The notes under the pieces were generated by a model. That model did no database searches, was not told the origin of the DNA, and saw only the letters and a program-made list of their open reading frames with translations. Made by a program: the position numbers and the translations under genes. DNA of 64,000 nucleotides from Clostridia bacterium. Lineage in GTDB: Bacteria; Bacillota; Clostridia; Monoglobales; Monoglobaceae. This document shows positions 19,325 to 28,724 of the stretch, piece after piece (the stretch's first letter is position 1; each line of letters starts with the position of its first letter). Location of the stretch: positions 3,784 to 67,783 of the forward strand of contig JAFQIA010000005.1 of assembly GCA_017397725.1 (NCBI GenBank), read 5' to 3'.

Positions 19325-19393
19325 GATTTTTGGAAAATTCTATGCTATAATACAAGGCAGTATAAGAAAATGTAGCAAAAAGGAGATAGAAAC

Positions 19394-20929
19394 ATGGATA
19401 TTTTAGCATTTGCATTATACTTTGTGGCAATGATTGCCATCGGCATTTACTTTTTCTTCAAGTCTAAAGTGGCAACGGAAAAAGATTATTTCTTAGGCGG
19501 CCGCCAGATGGGGCCGTGGGTTACCGCAATGAGCGCACAGGCATCAGATATGAGTGCTTGGCTGTTGATGGGACTCCCCGGTAGTATTCTGGCATTTGGT
19601 TTTGGCCAGGCGTGGATTGGTATCGGTCTTGCAATCGGTACTGCGGCAAACTGGATTCTTGTTGCAAAAAGACTGCGCAAGTTCTCCAGAGCAGCAGGGG
19701 ATGCCATTACTTTGCCCCAATACCTGTCCAATCGTTTCGCATCCAAGAGCCATACGGTGAGCCTGATTTGTGCAGTGGTGTTCTTGGTATGCTTTACCAT
19801 CTATGTTGCATCTGCGTTTGTGGCAGGCGCTGATGTGTTTACCACTTTGGTTCCGGAACTTGGCAGAAGCAGTGCCATGCTGATTTTTGCAGCTATCGTT
19901 GTGGTTTACACCTTTTTGGGTGGATTTAACGCAGTTTGTTGGACCGACTTTTTCCAAGGCTTGCTGATGCTTGCGGCGCTTTTGATTGTGCCGATTGTGG
20001 TGGGCTTTACCAAGAATTTAGACCCGGCGGCACTGAGCACCATCTATCAGGGCCCCAATGGGGAAGAATTTGAGTTTGTGCCAAACTTCTTCAATGCAAG
20101 CTGGAAGGATATTATCTCCGGTCTTGGCTGGGGTCTTGGGTATTTTGGTATGCCCCATATCATTGTTCGCTTTATGGCAATCGAAAAGCCTTCTATGGTG
20201 AAAAAGTCTGCAACCGTTGCAATTATTTGGGTGGTGCTTTCTTTGGCAGCAACCATCGTGATTGCATACTTTGGCAGAATGTTTGTATATTCCAATGGTA
20301 CCGACCTGTCTGCAGTATTGCTGGCAGAGGGCAAGCAGTCCTTGATTTTTGTAGAGCTTGCGCGGGATGTATTCCCCGCATTTATTGCCGGTTTGTTGCT
20401 GGCAGCCATCATTGCAGCATCCATGTCCACAGCAGACTCTCAGCTTCTGGTTGCGGCGTCTTCTTTTGCCAGTGACCTTTATAAGCCGATTATTAGAAAG
20501 AATGCTTCCAACAAGGAAATGCTGTGGGTTAGCCGTATCATTGTTATGGTAATTGCCGTGGTTGCATACTTCATTGCAAGCAGTCAGGGTAAAGCAGCGC
20601 AAGCAATTATGAATCTGGTTTCCAATGCTTGGGGTATCTTTGGTGCAGCATTCGGTCCTGCGGTTTTGTTCTCCCTGTTCTGGAAGAGATTTACATACAA
20701 AGGTGCAGTAGCAGGTATCATTGTAGGTGCATTGGTAGATATGCTTTGGCTGTGGCTCCCGATTTCTGGCGGCGCAACATTGACACAAATTACCGGTATC
20801 TATGAAATCATCCCCGGCTTTGTGATTGGCGCAATCGCAGCAGTGATTGCCACCTTGCTTGACAAGGCGCCCTCTCAGGAGGTTGTGGCAATCTTTGAAA
20901 CAGCAACCGACAACAGCATCGATGACTAA
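19394..20929 (+). CDS. putP: Sodium/proline symporter (SSS family)
   Basis: ASDMSAWLLMGLPG, GGFNAVCWTDFFQG, GLGYFGMPHIIVRFMAI, AASMSTADSQLL. Confidence 0.9.
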   Translation: MDILAFALYFVAMIAIGIYFFFKSKVATEKDYFLGGRQMGPWVTAMSAQASDMSAWLLMGLPGSILAFGFGQAWIGIGLAIGTAANWILVAKRLRKFSRAAGDAITLPQYLSNRFASKSHTVSLICAVVFLVCFTIYVASAFVAGADVFTTLVPELGRSSAMLIFAAIVVVYTFLGGFNAVCWTDFFQGLLMLAALLIVPIVVGFTKNLDPAALSTIYQGPNGEEFEFVPNFFNASWKDIISGLGWGLGYFGMPHIIVRFMAIEKPSMVKKSATVAIIWVVLSLAATIVIAYFGRMFVYSNGTDLSAVLLAEGKQSLIFVELARDVFPAFIAGLLLAAIIAASMSTADSQLLVAASSFASDLYKPIIRKNASNKEMLWVSRIIVMVIAVVAYFIASSQGKAAQAIMNLVSNAWGIFGAAFGPAVLFSLFWKRFTYKGAVAGIIVGALVDMLWLWLPISGGATLTQITGIYEIIPGFVIGAIAAVIATLLDKAPSQEVVAIFETATDNSIDD

Positions 20930-20934
20930 TTTAA

Positions 20935-20969
20935 AAATAAAAGCCCGCAAAGCGGGCTTTTATTTTTTT
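20935..20969. terminator. Bidirectional intrinsic terminator
   Basis: AATAAAAGCCCGC-AAA-GCGGGCTTTTATT + T-run. Confidence 0.85.
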
Positions 20970-23294
20970 CTAAAGAAGTTTCAATGCAGGATAGTCGATG
21001 TAAGAAACATCCTTTCCGGTAATGAGATTCTTTCTTTTTTTGGTGAGCTTGTGACCGTTCAGGGAGATTTCTGTATGATTGATGCTTAAGGTGTATTCTT
21101 TGCCCAGGAAAGAAAATGTTGCATTGACCGATGGCATATGGGCACTGAGACACGGAGAAATTTCAAGGCCGTCAAGGGTTGGCTGAATACCAAACATAAA
21201 CTCATAAATTCCGCGCATTGCCATAGCCACACTTCCGGTCAGGAAACACATCAGTCCACGATGGTCAAATTCGGGGAGTTGTTGCCAGCAGTTCACAATG
21301 GCATAGGGAGGCGTATACGCCTTTTCGGTGGGATGTTTTTCGGTGTCATAGGGCATCAGCCACTTTAACACATCGTACAAACGATCTCCATCGCCGGCAA
21401 CAGCCAATGCACGGGCAAGAAATCCTTGAGAGCCGTGGTTATAGACATTGCCGTTTTCTGCAAGGAAAGGAGGAGTATCTCCGCTGGCAACCCGACCGAC
21501 TCCGTCGATAGGAGTTTTTCCAAGATAGGGATAGAACAGCCGATACCCTTTGTCAGATTTCAAAAATTCGATTTGGGTAAGCACATTTTTTGTCTGTTCC
21601 TCATCGGCAACGCCGGCTATAATGGCGTAGTAGTTGGAAACGCCATAAATCCGTTTTTCTCCATCGGGGTCATTGTTTGAGAAAATCCATTTTCCGTTGT
21701 CATTGAATGTTCCATTGTAATAGTTGTCAGGATTGTAGGCGTATTTGTTGAGGGCAAGCTTGATTTCCTCTGCTTTGGCTAAATACTTTTCTGCATCAAA
21801 AGCAACGCCGATATGGTTCAAAATGTCTACAAGATATTTTAAGGACATCACAGTTTGTGCGCTGACCGTAACCGATTCGCCTCTGCCCTTCAGTCCGGCA
21901 GCATTGACCGAGTCGAGCCAATCCCCGCCTCTTATTTTACAAAGTCCGTGTTCTCCGAGATTTTCTTCGGCAATGTAATATTCCACCGCTTTGATGATAT
22001 GGTCTAATACGGTAGACTTTTTCTCGCTGTCAAGCCATTCTATGGTTTGTTCCAAAAGTGCAAAGTCTTGGGTGTGGGCAAGATACTTCCAGATAAACTC
22101 TATAAAGAAGGCGCCACCATCGACATGGGTTCGCAAATCGTGTTTTCCGTGTTTTCCCTTGGCAGAATACTGTCTGGGGAACCAACCGTCGTTACGCTGA
22201 CACTCCAGCATAGTGAGGATGATTTCTTTGCAAGCATCGGTATCGATATAGAGCAGCGCCGCGTAATCCTGCGCAGAGTCACGGGAGCCACGCATACCGG
22301 TTGGCCAGCCGCGGTCTAAGGATGCAACCCACTTCATTTGAAGCGGAATCCAGTAGTTGGCATAGTAGTCAAAATCGGGGCAATGGCTTTCTACCCGATT
22401 GATTTGAAAAAGGTTTTGAAATTCTTTCTGCCGGTTAGAAACACTCTTCTGGTAGTGCGTATCGTCAAAAAAGCTTAACACCGATTCGTGGTCCAGACCC
22501 AAAACCTGCATGAATGTTTTTTCTTCACCGGGAGCCAGGTTGAGGTCATAAAGTGCGGCATAAACAGGAGGATATCCGTAGATTCTCGTGTCATCTGTGT
22601 AGACATATTCCGGATTGGTGATATCCCCAATACCAAGATATTTTTCCAGACTCAGCTCCCGTGCAGTCAGGTTTTCGGCGGACAATGCAAAGAAGGCTTG
22701 TCTGCGTTTGCTGGCGTTGGCATCGGCGTCCATCAAAGCGGTTTTGAAATAAGGAATCTGGGCGCTGTCAAAGGTGGTGTCCAGATACCAATCATATTTA
22801 TCCCAAGGCGCCATAATGGCTTCGTTGAGATATGGAACCAGATGAGGACGGAGGCTAATCTCCAACATTTTTTCGGAGATGTTTTTCACTTTGCATTTGC
22901 AGACGATGGTGGTTCCTTTGCTTGGTACAAAAAAGGTGGTTTCGCATTGCAAACCGGAGTAGTCAAAGGAATAGGTTGCGGTTTCCGGCTTAAAACAGAT
23001 GCTTAAATGGTTTGGCTTTTCAGCAAGACCAAGGTTGTTTGGCTTAAAGAAATTGGAGAAAGAGATATGATCTGTTTTGTTCCAAATATTGATTTGCCAA
23101 GGCGCGTATTTTTGGTGTTGCTCTCTTTTGAAAAGCATAATATCCCCCGGCGGATTTGCCTGTGCGTAAACAGGACCAAACTGATCCATTTTCAGGAGAA
23201 TGTCCTTGTTCTCATAGATATATTCCCAGGAGGTTTTCATATCCAGAGAGTTGATTTCATAGCCTGCTGTGTTTTTGATAAATTTTCCGTACAT
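20970..23294 (-). CDS. GH94-like glycoside phosphorylase (divergent)
   Basis: G.RDSAQD, GGDWLDSVN, GRGESV, AENGNVYNHG, PYAIVN, LTGSVA, GIQPTLDGL.ISP motifs of the GH94 (alpha/alpha)6 domain; start MYGKF after GAAAGGAG. Confidence 0.8.
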   Translation of the reverse strand: MYGKFIKNTAGYEINSLDMKTSWEYIYENKDILLKMDQFGPVYAQANPPGDIMLFKREQHQKYAPWQINIWNKTDHISFSNFFKPNNLGLAEKPNHLSICFKPETATYSFDYSGLQCETTFFVPSKGTTIVCKCKVKNISEKMLEISLRPHLVPYLNEAIMAPWDKYDWYLDTTFDSAQIPYFKTALMDADANASKRRQAFFALSAENLTARELSLEKYLGIGDITNPEYVYTDDTRIYGYPPVYAALYDLNLAPGEEKTFMQVLGLDHESVLSFFDDTHYQKSVSNRQKEFQNLFQINRVESHCPDFDYYANYWIPLQMKWVASLDRGWPTGMRGSRDSAQDYAALLYIDTDACKEIILTMLECQRNDGWFPRQYSAKGKHGKHDLRTHVDGGAFFIEFIWKYLAHTQDFALLEQTIEWLDSEKKSTVLDHIIKAVEYYIAEENLGEHGLCKIRGGDWLDSVNAAGLKGRGESVTVSAQTVMSLKYLVDILNHIGVAFDAEKYLAKAEEIKLALNKYAYNPDNYYNGTFNDNGKWIFSNNDPDGEKRIYGVSNYYAIIAGVADEEQTKNVLTQIEFLKSDKGYRLFYPYLGKTPIDGVGRVASGDTPPFLAENGNVYNHGSQGFLARALAVAGDGDRLYDVLKWLMPYDTEKHPTEKAYTPPYAIVNCWQQLPEFDHRGLMCFLTGSVAMAMRGIYEFMFGIQPTLDGLEISPCLSAHMPSVNATFSFLGKEYTLSINHTEISLNGHKLTKKRKNLITGKDVSYIDYPALKLL

Positions 23295-23430
23295 ACATCG
23301 GACTCCTTTCGGTGAAATGTTTGATATGATCAACGAACCTAAGGTTCGTTGTGGACAATTTTTGGGTGGGGAAACTATTGCACATAGTTGCACATTATGC
23401 TATACTAAATGTATGAAGTGGAGGGGAAAA

Positions 23431-24444
23431 ATGGAGATGGAAAACTACAATAAGGTACATCCCACAGATGGGGATGCCGTGATTGAAATCCATGATTTGA
23501 CCAAGAAGTATGGATCCAAAAAGGTCCTTGATGGTATCAACTTAAAGGTCAAGCGGGGGGAAATTATGGGATTTCTCGGTCCCAATGGTGCCGGAAAATC
23601 CACAACCATGAATATTCTTACCGGATACATATCTGCAACTGAGGGCTGCGTAACGGTGGACGGGGAAGATATCCTCGAAAACCAGAAGGTTGCGAAAAAG
23701 AAAATCGGTTATCTGCCGGAAAATCCGCCTCTGTATCTGGATATGACGGTAAAGGAGTATCTTGGCTTTGTTTATGAACTGAAAAAAGTGAAAAAAGAGA
23801 AAATAAAGCATCTTTCTGAGATTATGGAGGTTGTAAAAATCAACCATGTGGCAGACCGGATGATCAAAAACCTTTCCAAAGGCTATAAGCAAAGAGTGGG
23901 GCTTGCGCAGGCACTCATCGGGGATCCGGAGGTGCTGATTCTGGACGAGCCGACCGTGGGTCTTGACCCTCAGCAGATTATTGAAATCCGTAACGTCATT
24001 AAGACTCTTGGCGAAAATCGCACGGTGATTCTCAGTACGCATATCCTTCAGGAGGTAACTGCAATCTGTGACCGTGTGACCATCATCAACAAGGGAAAGA
24101 TTGTTGCAATGGATACCCTTGAAAATCTGTCGGCAAGCATTGGCGAAAAAGGAAAATATCTCATCCGTGCCTGTGCAGAAAAAGAGGTTGCCGAAAAGAT
24201 TCTCCAATCTGTTGACGGAATGAAATCGATACATTACTTAAAAACCTTGGAAGAAGGAACCTCGGATTTTGTCATTGCATTTTGTGACAATCTGGATTTG
24301 CGGGCGGAAATCTTTAACGCCTTTGCCAAGGCAGAGGTCCCGCTGATTGAATTCAAGTCATTGGAATTGACCTTGGAGGAAATCTTTATCAAGGTAACAA
24401 CTCAACCCAAAGAGGAGGCGAAAGAGAATGAAAGCGATATTTAA
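23431..24444 (+). CDS. ABC transporter ATP-binding protein (GldA-like)
   Basis: Walker A GPNGAGKS, LSKGYKQR signature, ILDEPT Walker B; TTGCAC-17-TATACT promoter at 23378-23406. Confidence 0.92.
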   Translation: MEMENYNKVHPTDGDAVIEIHDLTKKYGSKKVLDGINLKVKRGEIMGFLGPNGAGKSTTMNILTGYISATEGCVTVDGEDILENQKVAKKKIGYLPENPPLYLDMTVKEYLGFVYELKKVKKEKIKHLSEIMEVVKINHVADRMIKNLSKGYKQRVGLAQALIGDPEVLILDEPTVGLDPQQIIEIRNVIKTLGENRTVILSTHILQEVTAICDRVTIINKGKIVAMDTLENLSASIGEKGKYLIRACAEKEVAEKILQSVDGMKSIHYLKTLEEGTSDFVIAFCDNLDLRAEIFNAFAKAEVPLIEFKSLELTLEEIFIKVTTQPKEEAKENESDI

Positions 24445-25132
24445 GAAAGAATTAAAAGGCTATTTTCTTTCCCCCATCGGTTATATTTTTGTGGGTGTGT
24501 TTATGCTGCTGTCGGCAATGTTTTTCCTCACAGGACCCATTGCTTATCAGGTTGCAGACATCAGTCTGTTGTTTTCCAAAATCAACATTGTGTATTTGTT
24601 CCTCGTTTCTATCTTGACCATGCGCCTGCTCGCAGAGGAGAAGAACAAAAAGACAGACCAGTTGTTATTGACCGCACCGGTGAGCATCCCCGAAATTGTT
24701 GTGGGGAAGTATCTGGCAGCCATGTCGGTTTTCGGAATTACCCTTGCGGTTTCGCTGGTTTTTCCAATCACTCTGTTTCTCTTTGGACAGCCACCTGTCG
24801 GGGAAATGATAGGCTCCTATGTAGGGTTTATCCTTTTGTGGGGCGCCTTTGTGGCGATTGGAGTCTTTATCTCATCCCTGACCGAAAATCAGATGATATC
24901 AGCCGTTGCCACCTTCGGTGTTTTGTTGTTGGTTTACTTTATGGAATGGATTGCAGGTAATTTTTCCAATCCCATTCTGTTTACAGTGGCACAATGGCTT
25001 TCCCTTTTGAATCGGTTTTATGATTTCCAGAACGGGATTTTGAATATCACAAACATTATTTATTATCTCAGCGTCATCTTTGTGTTCCTGTTTTTAACAG
25101 TACGGGTCATTGAAAAACGCAGATATAGCTGA
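24428..25132 (+). CDS. ABC-2 permease (GldF-like)
   Basis: IFKKELKGYF.SPIGY, LTMRLLAEEK..KTDQLLLTAP; 6 TM. Confidence 0.88.
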   Translation: MKAIFKKELKGYFLSPIGYIFVGVFMLLSAMFFLTGPIAYQVADISLLFSKINIVYLFLVSILTMRLLAEEKNKKTDQLLLTAPVSIPEIVVGKYLAAMSVFGITLAVSLVFPITLFLFGQPPVGEMIGSYVGFILLWGAFVAIGVFISSLTENQMISAVATFGVLLLVYFMEWIAGNFSNPILFTVAQWLSLLNRFYDFQNGILNITNIIYYLSVIFVFLFLTVRVIEKRRYS

Positions 25133-25147
25133 CAGGAGGGAACCGCC

Positions 25148-26557
25148 ATGAAAAGAAATACCAAATTTGGAATCAATGCATTGCTTGTTACCCTTGTGAC
25201 GGTTGCCGCAGTCATTCTTGTGAATGCCGTGATTTCAACCATAGCCGGAAAGGTGCCCATGAAGATTGATTTGACCCGCGACAGGGTTTATGAATTTTCA
25301 GAACACACCAAGGAAATGATGGAAAGTCTGGATCAGGAAATTAAAGTTTATGCCCTGTATCCCACGAACACCAATGCAAATGAATATATTACCTATGCAC
25401 AGGAATACCTTTCCAAGTATGAGGCACTCAGCAAGAACTTCAAGGTAACTTATATAGACCCTTATACCAATCCGGGTTTTGCCAAAAAATATGAAACCCA
25501 AGGTGAAGCAATCAGCGCAGGCTCTATGATTTTGGAGTGCGGGGATCAGGTAAAGGTGATCCCGATGGAAGAGATGTATACCACCAACAAGTACACCGGA
25601 GCAACCAGCATCGATATGGAGAAGAAAATCACCGCAGCGGTAATGCAGGTCACCGGAAAGGCAGGTGCGACCAAGGTTTACTTTGTGGAAGGTCATGATG
25701 AATTTACCTCGGTTCAGCTTGCAACCGCACTTACTGAAAATGGATATGAATGTCAAAATATTCATATTGGTGTTGCAGGAATCCCGCAGGATGCGGCACT
25801 TCTCGTTGTGTTGGCGCCAGCACAGGATTTGACGGCAGAAGAAATCGATGCCCTTGATCGCTATCTGGACGGTGGAGGCAAAGCCTTGTTTGCTTTTGAA
25901 CCTGGTCAACAACCTTTAGAAAGGTTGAACGGATATCTTGCCGAGTGGGGTGTTGTTCCAAGAAATGATTTTGTTGTAGAGAACAATCCCGACCGGACTG
26001 CCAGTATGCAAGGGTTGGCGATTCCCATCCCGTCTTTTGAAAAGCACCAGATTACCGAGCGACTGATAGAAAGAAAGATGATTTATATTATGCCCTCGGT
26101 AGGAAGTCTGGAGTTGAATGACCAGAATATCAGGCATACCCAATTGACACCGCTGCTCACCACCACGAAAGATTCTTGGGGCAAGGTAAACTTTGCATCG
26201 GAAACCATGGAAAAGGAAGAGGGGGACCACGAGGGGCCGCTCACCATTGCAGCGCTTTCGGAAATGGCTGATTTTAGTGGAAGTGGCATTATGGTCATTG
26301 GTTCTCTTTCGGCCATTGAGTATAACGGAATTTTGCAGGAATCCAGCTATGCAAACGGAGATTTCATCCTAAACGCTGTTGGCTATCTTACCAAGACGGA
26401 AAACAATATGAATATCCGTGCAAAGCTCATCAGCGAAACCAACCTTACCATGACCCAGGGACAGGTGGCGTTGGTGACCGTGCTGCTTCAGTATGTACTT
26501 CCCATTTTGATCATCCTTGCGGGGTTGATTGTATGGCTCGAGAGGAGATATCGGTAA
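25148..26557 (+). CDS. GldG-family ABC auxiliary protein
   Basis: N- and C-terminal TM; IDLT.DRVY.FS, YIDPYTNP, YFVEGHDE, E..ALDRYLDGGGK. Confidence 0.82.
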   Translation: MKRNTKFGINALLVTLVTVAAVILVNAVISTIAGKVPMKIDLTRDRVYEFSEHTKEMMESLDQEIKVYALYPTNTNANEYITYAQEYLSKYEALSKNFKVTYIDPYTNPGFAKKYETQGEAISAGSMILECGDQVKVIPMEEMYTTNKYTGATSIDMEKKITAAVMQVTGKAGATKVYFVEGHDEFTSVQLATALTENGYECQNIHIGVAGIPQDAALLVVLAPAQDLTAEEIDALDRYLDGGGKALFAFEPGQQPLERLNGYLAEWGVVPRNDFVVENNPDRTASMQGLAIPIPSFEKHQITERLIERKMIYIMPSVGSLELNDQNIRHTQLTPLLTTTKDSWGKVNFASETMEKEEGDHEGPLTIAALSEMADFSGSGIMVIGSLSAIEYNGILQESSYANGDFILNAVGYLTKTENNMNIRAKLISETNLTMTQGQVALVTVLLQYVLPILIILAGLIVWLERRYR

Positions 26558-27915
26558 TGGCAATCAATAAAAAAATGATACGCAACCTCATCGTCGCAAT
26601 CGTTGTTCTTGCGCTCCTTGGCGGCGCATATCTCTGGGCGGTCAAGTGGCAACCGGAGCAGACCGATGCGGTAAAACTTGCTGAAACAATAGAAATTTTC
26701 CGGATAGAACCGGAACAAATTGCAAAGATTGCATTCCCCAACTTTACCCTTGTGCGCGGAGAGGATGGATTCTGGGAGATTCCAGAATTTCCCCATATGG
26801 CACTTTCTCAGGCAAAGCTGCAATCCACGGTGTTTTCTTTTACAGAAATCGCTGCGGTAAGGGAAATCGGCAGCGGACTTACCAATCTTGCAGAGTTTGG
26901 TCTTGAAGAGACGGAAAACGCAGTGACCATTTGCAATACCGACGGTAGCACCAATACCTTGTTGCTCGGTAGCGGGGTGTCGGTAGATTCCACCTACTAT
27001 TTTATGAAAAAGGGGGAGAACACGGTCTTTACCGTTCCTATGCATATTGCAGAGCATATGCAGAAAACCCCCGATGATTTCAGAGAGAGAAATTTAGGAA
27101 GCATCGATGTTGCCAATATGGACGGCTTTACCTTGTATCAGGGTGGAGCAAAGGTGTTGGAGGTCAAGCGCAATCCCATGAATGATGCCTCTGCAGAATT
27201 TATTACCTCGGACAAAATGATGGTCTATCCTTATGAGGAGCAAATCCGGATTGATTTGTTTGAAGAAATGCTCAAACCTTTTGAAAATACCATTACTGTG
27301 GTTGATTTTATCAGCGAGGATAGAAACCAAGCCGAAGTGTATGGAATCGGCAAGGGGTATGAGATTGTGATTCGAACCCAAGAAAATACGCATTCCTTAA
27401 TGCTGGGAGATATCGCAGAAGATGGCAATATCTATGCGGTTTATAATGAGAATCCATTCATCTTTACCATGAAACCGGATGTGCTTGATGCAGTAAAGGA
27501 CCTCAAGCCCTTTGATTTGGTGCAGAAGTTTGCACATATTTATAGCATCGACCAGATTCAGTCTGTTGAGGTGGTTGCAGATGGAGAAACCTATACGCTC
27601 GCGATTGTGCGTGAGGGAGAGAATAAGTCTTATCGCATCAATGGAACCGATGTTAAGGACAGTGTGTTCAAAAGCGCTTATCAGGCAATCATTGGACTCT
27701 CCTTTACTGCGGTAGCAGAAGAGAATGCAAAAACAAGTCAAAAGGTTTGTGAAATCACCTTCCATACCACAGACGAGCGAATTGAAAAAGCAACCTATTA
27801 TGACTATGATGAAAGAAATCTCATGGTGATCAGACCGGAGGGTAAACGCTATCTCATATTGAAAAAGTATGTGACCGAGATGCTGAATACAGTTAGACAA
27901 AGCGTCAATAGCTAA
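26557..27915 (+). CDS. DUF4340-like membrane-anchored protein
   Basis: N-terminal TM, repeated LAEFGL/AEVYGI ... LLLGS/LMLGD units; usual partner of GldA/F/G-like operons. Confidence 0.7.
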   Translation: MAINKKMIRNLIVAIVVLALLGGAYLWAVKWQPEQTDAVKLAETIEIFRIEPEQIAKIAFPNFTLVRGEDGFWEIPEFPHMALSQAKLQSTVFSFTEIAAVREIGSGLTNLAEFGLEETENAVTICNTDGSTNTLLLGSGVSVDSTYYFMKKGENTVFTVPMHIAEHMQKTPDDFRERNLGSIDVANMDGFTLYQGGAKVLEVKRNPMNDASAEFITSDKMMVYPYEEQIRIDLFEEMLKPFENTITVVDFISEDRNQAEVYGIGKGYEIVIRTQENTHSLMLGDIAEDGNIYAVYNENPFIFTMKPDVLDAVKDLKPFDLVQKFAHIYSIDQIQSVEVVADGETYTLAIVREGENKSYRINGTDVKDSVFKSAYQAIIGLSFTAVAEENAKTSQKVCEITFHTTDERIEKATYYDYDERNLMVIRPEGKRYLILKKYVTEMLNTVRQSVNS

Positions 27916-27930
27916 AAAGGAGGAAACAAG

Positions 27931-28674
27931 ATGAAACTTGGAATGACATCCCTGACATTCAGGGATAGAAGTATCGAAGAAACGGCAAAATATGCAAAAG
28001 AGGCAGGCATTGACGGTATTGAGTGGGGAGTATCCGAAACCCACGCGTCCTTGACGGATGATACCTTTCTTGAGAGAATCAAAGAAGCATCTCGCAAGAA
28101 CGGATTGGAGATATTTTCCTTGGGTGCCTACTGCAATATGACTGATCCGGAGGACTGTGACAAGACCTTACAGGTGGCAATCAAGTTGGGCGCACCGATT
28201 ATCCGGATTTGGGCAGGAAACAAATCTCCCAAGGAATGCGACGAGGCGTATGTGGATTGCGTGGTGAAGAACACCATTGCTATGGCAAACCAGGCAGCAG
28301 CGCATCACATCAAGCTGGGTTTTGAGTATCATTCCTATACCCTGACCGAAACCGCAGAAAGTGCAGTTTCTCTGATCAAACGAATCAACTGCCCCAATGT
28401 AGGGCTCTATTGGCAGCCGGAGGGAAATATCAGCGTAGAAGAGAATCTTGCAAACAGAAATCAGGTGCTTCCTTACTGTATTGGAAATATGCATGTGCAG
28501 AACTGGAATGAAGAAGAAAGCTATATCCTGCTTGAGGGGATTTCCGACCGGTTGGAACAGTATTTTGGAGATATCAAAGAACAGGATTACCATTTGATGA
28601 TTGAATTTGTCAAAGATGCAGAACCGGAGAACCTGAATAAGGATGCTGCTGTTCTGATACCTATCATCAAATAG
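27931..28674 (+). CDS. Sugar-phosphate isomerase/epimerase (xylose-isomerase-like TIM barrel)
   Basis: AGIDGIEWG, IRIWAG, FEYH..TLTE, LYWQP, HVQ, IEFV. Confidence 0.8.
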   Translation: MKLGMTSLTFRDRSIEETAKYAKEAGIDGIEWGVSETHASLTDDTFLERIKEASRKNGLEIFSLGAYCNMTDPEDCDKTLQVAIKLGAPIIRIWAGNKSPKECDEAYVDCVVKNTIAMANQAAAHHIKLGFEYHSYTLTETAESAVSLIKRINCPNVGLYWQPEGNISVEENLANRNQVLPYCIGNMHVQNWNEEESYILLEGISDRLEQYFGDIKEQDYHLMIEFVKDAEPENLNKDAAVLIPIIK

Positions 28675-28688
28675 AACAAGCATAACGG

Positions 28689-28724
28689 GAACCCTATTGG
28701 TGAAGTACCAATAGGGTTCTTTTC
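28689..28724. terminator. Intrinsic terminator between convergent genes
   Basis: GAACCCTATTGGT-GAAGT-ACCAATAGGGTTC + TTTT. Confidence 0.8.

Noticed and set aside
23334-23348. LexA/SOS (Cheo) box
   Set aside because: Spacer between CGAAC and GTTCG is 5 nt rather than 4, and the flanking genes are not DNA-repair genes; kept only as a generic palindrome
23431-27915. Gliding-motility machinery
   Set aside because: Only the generic ABC GldA/F/G-like module is present, which is common in non-gliding Firmicutes
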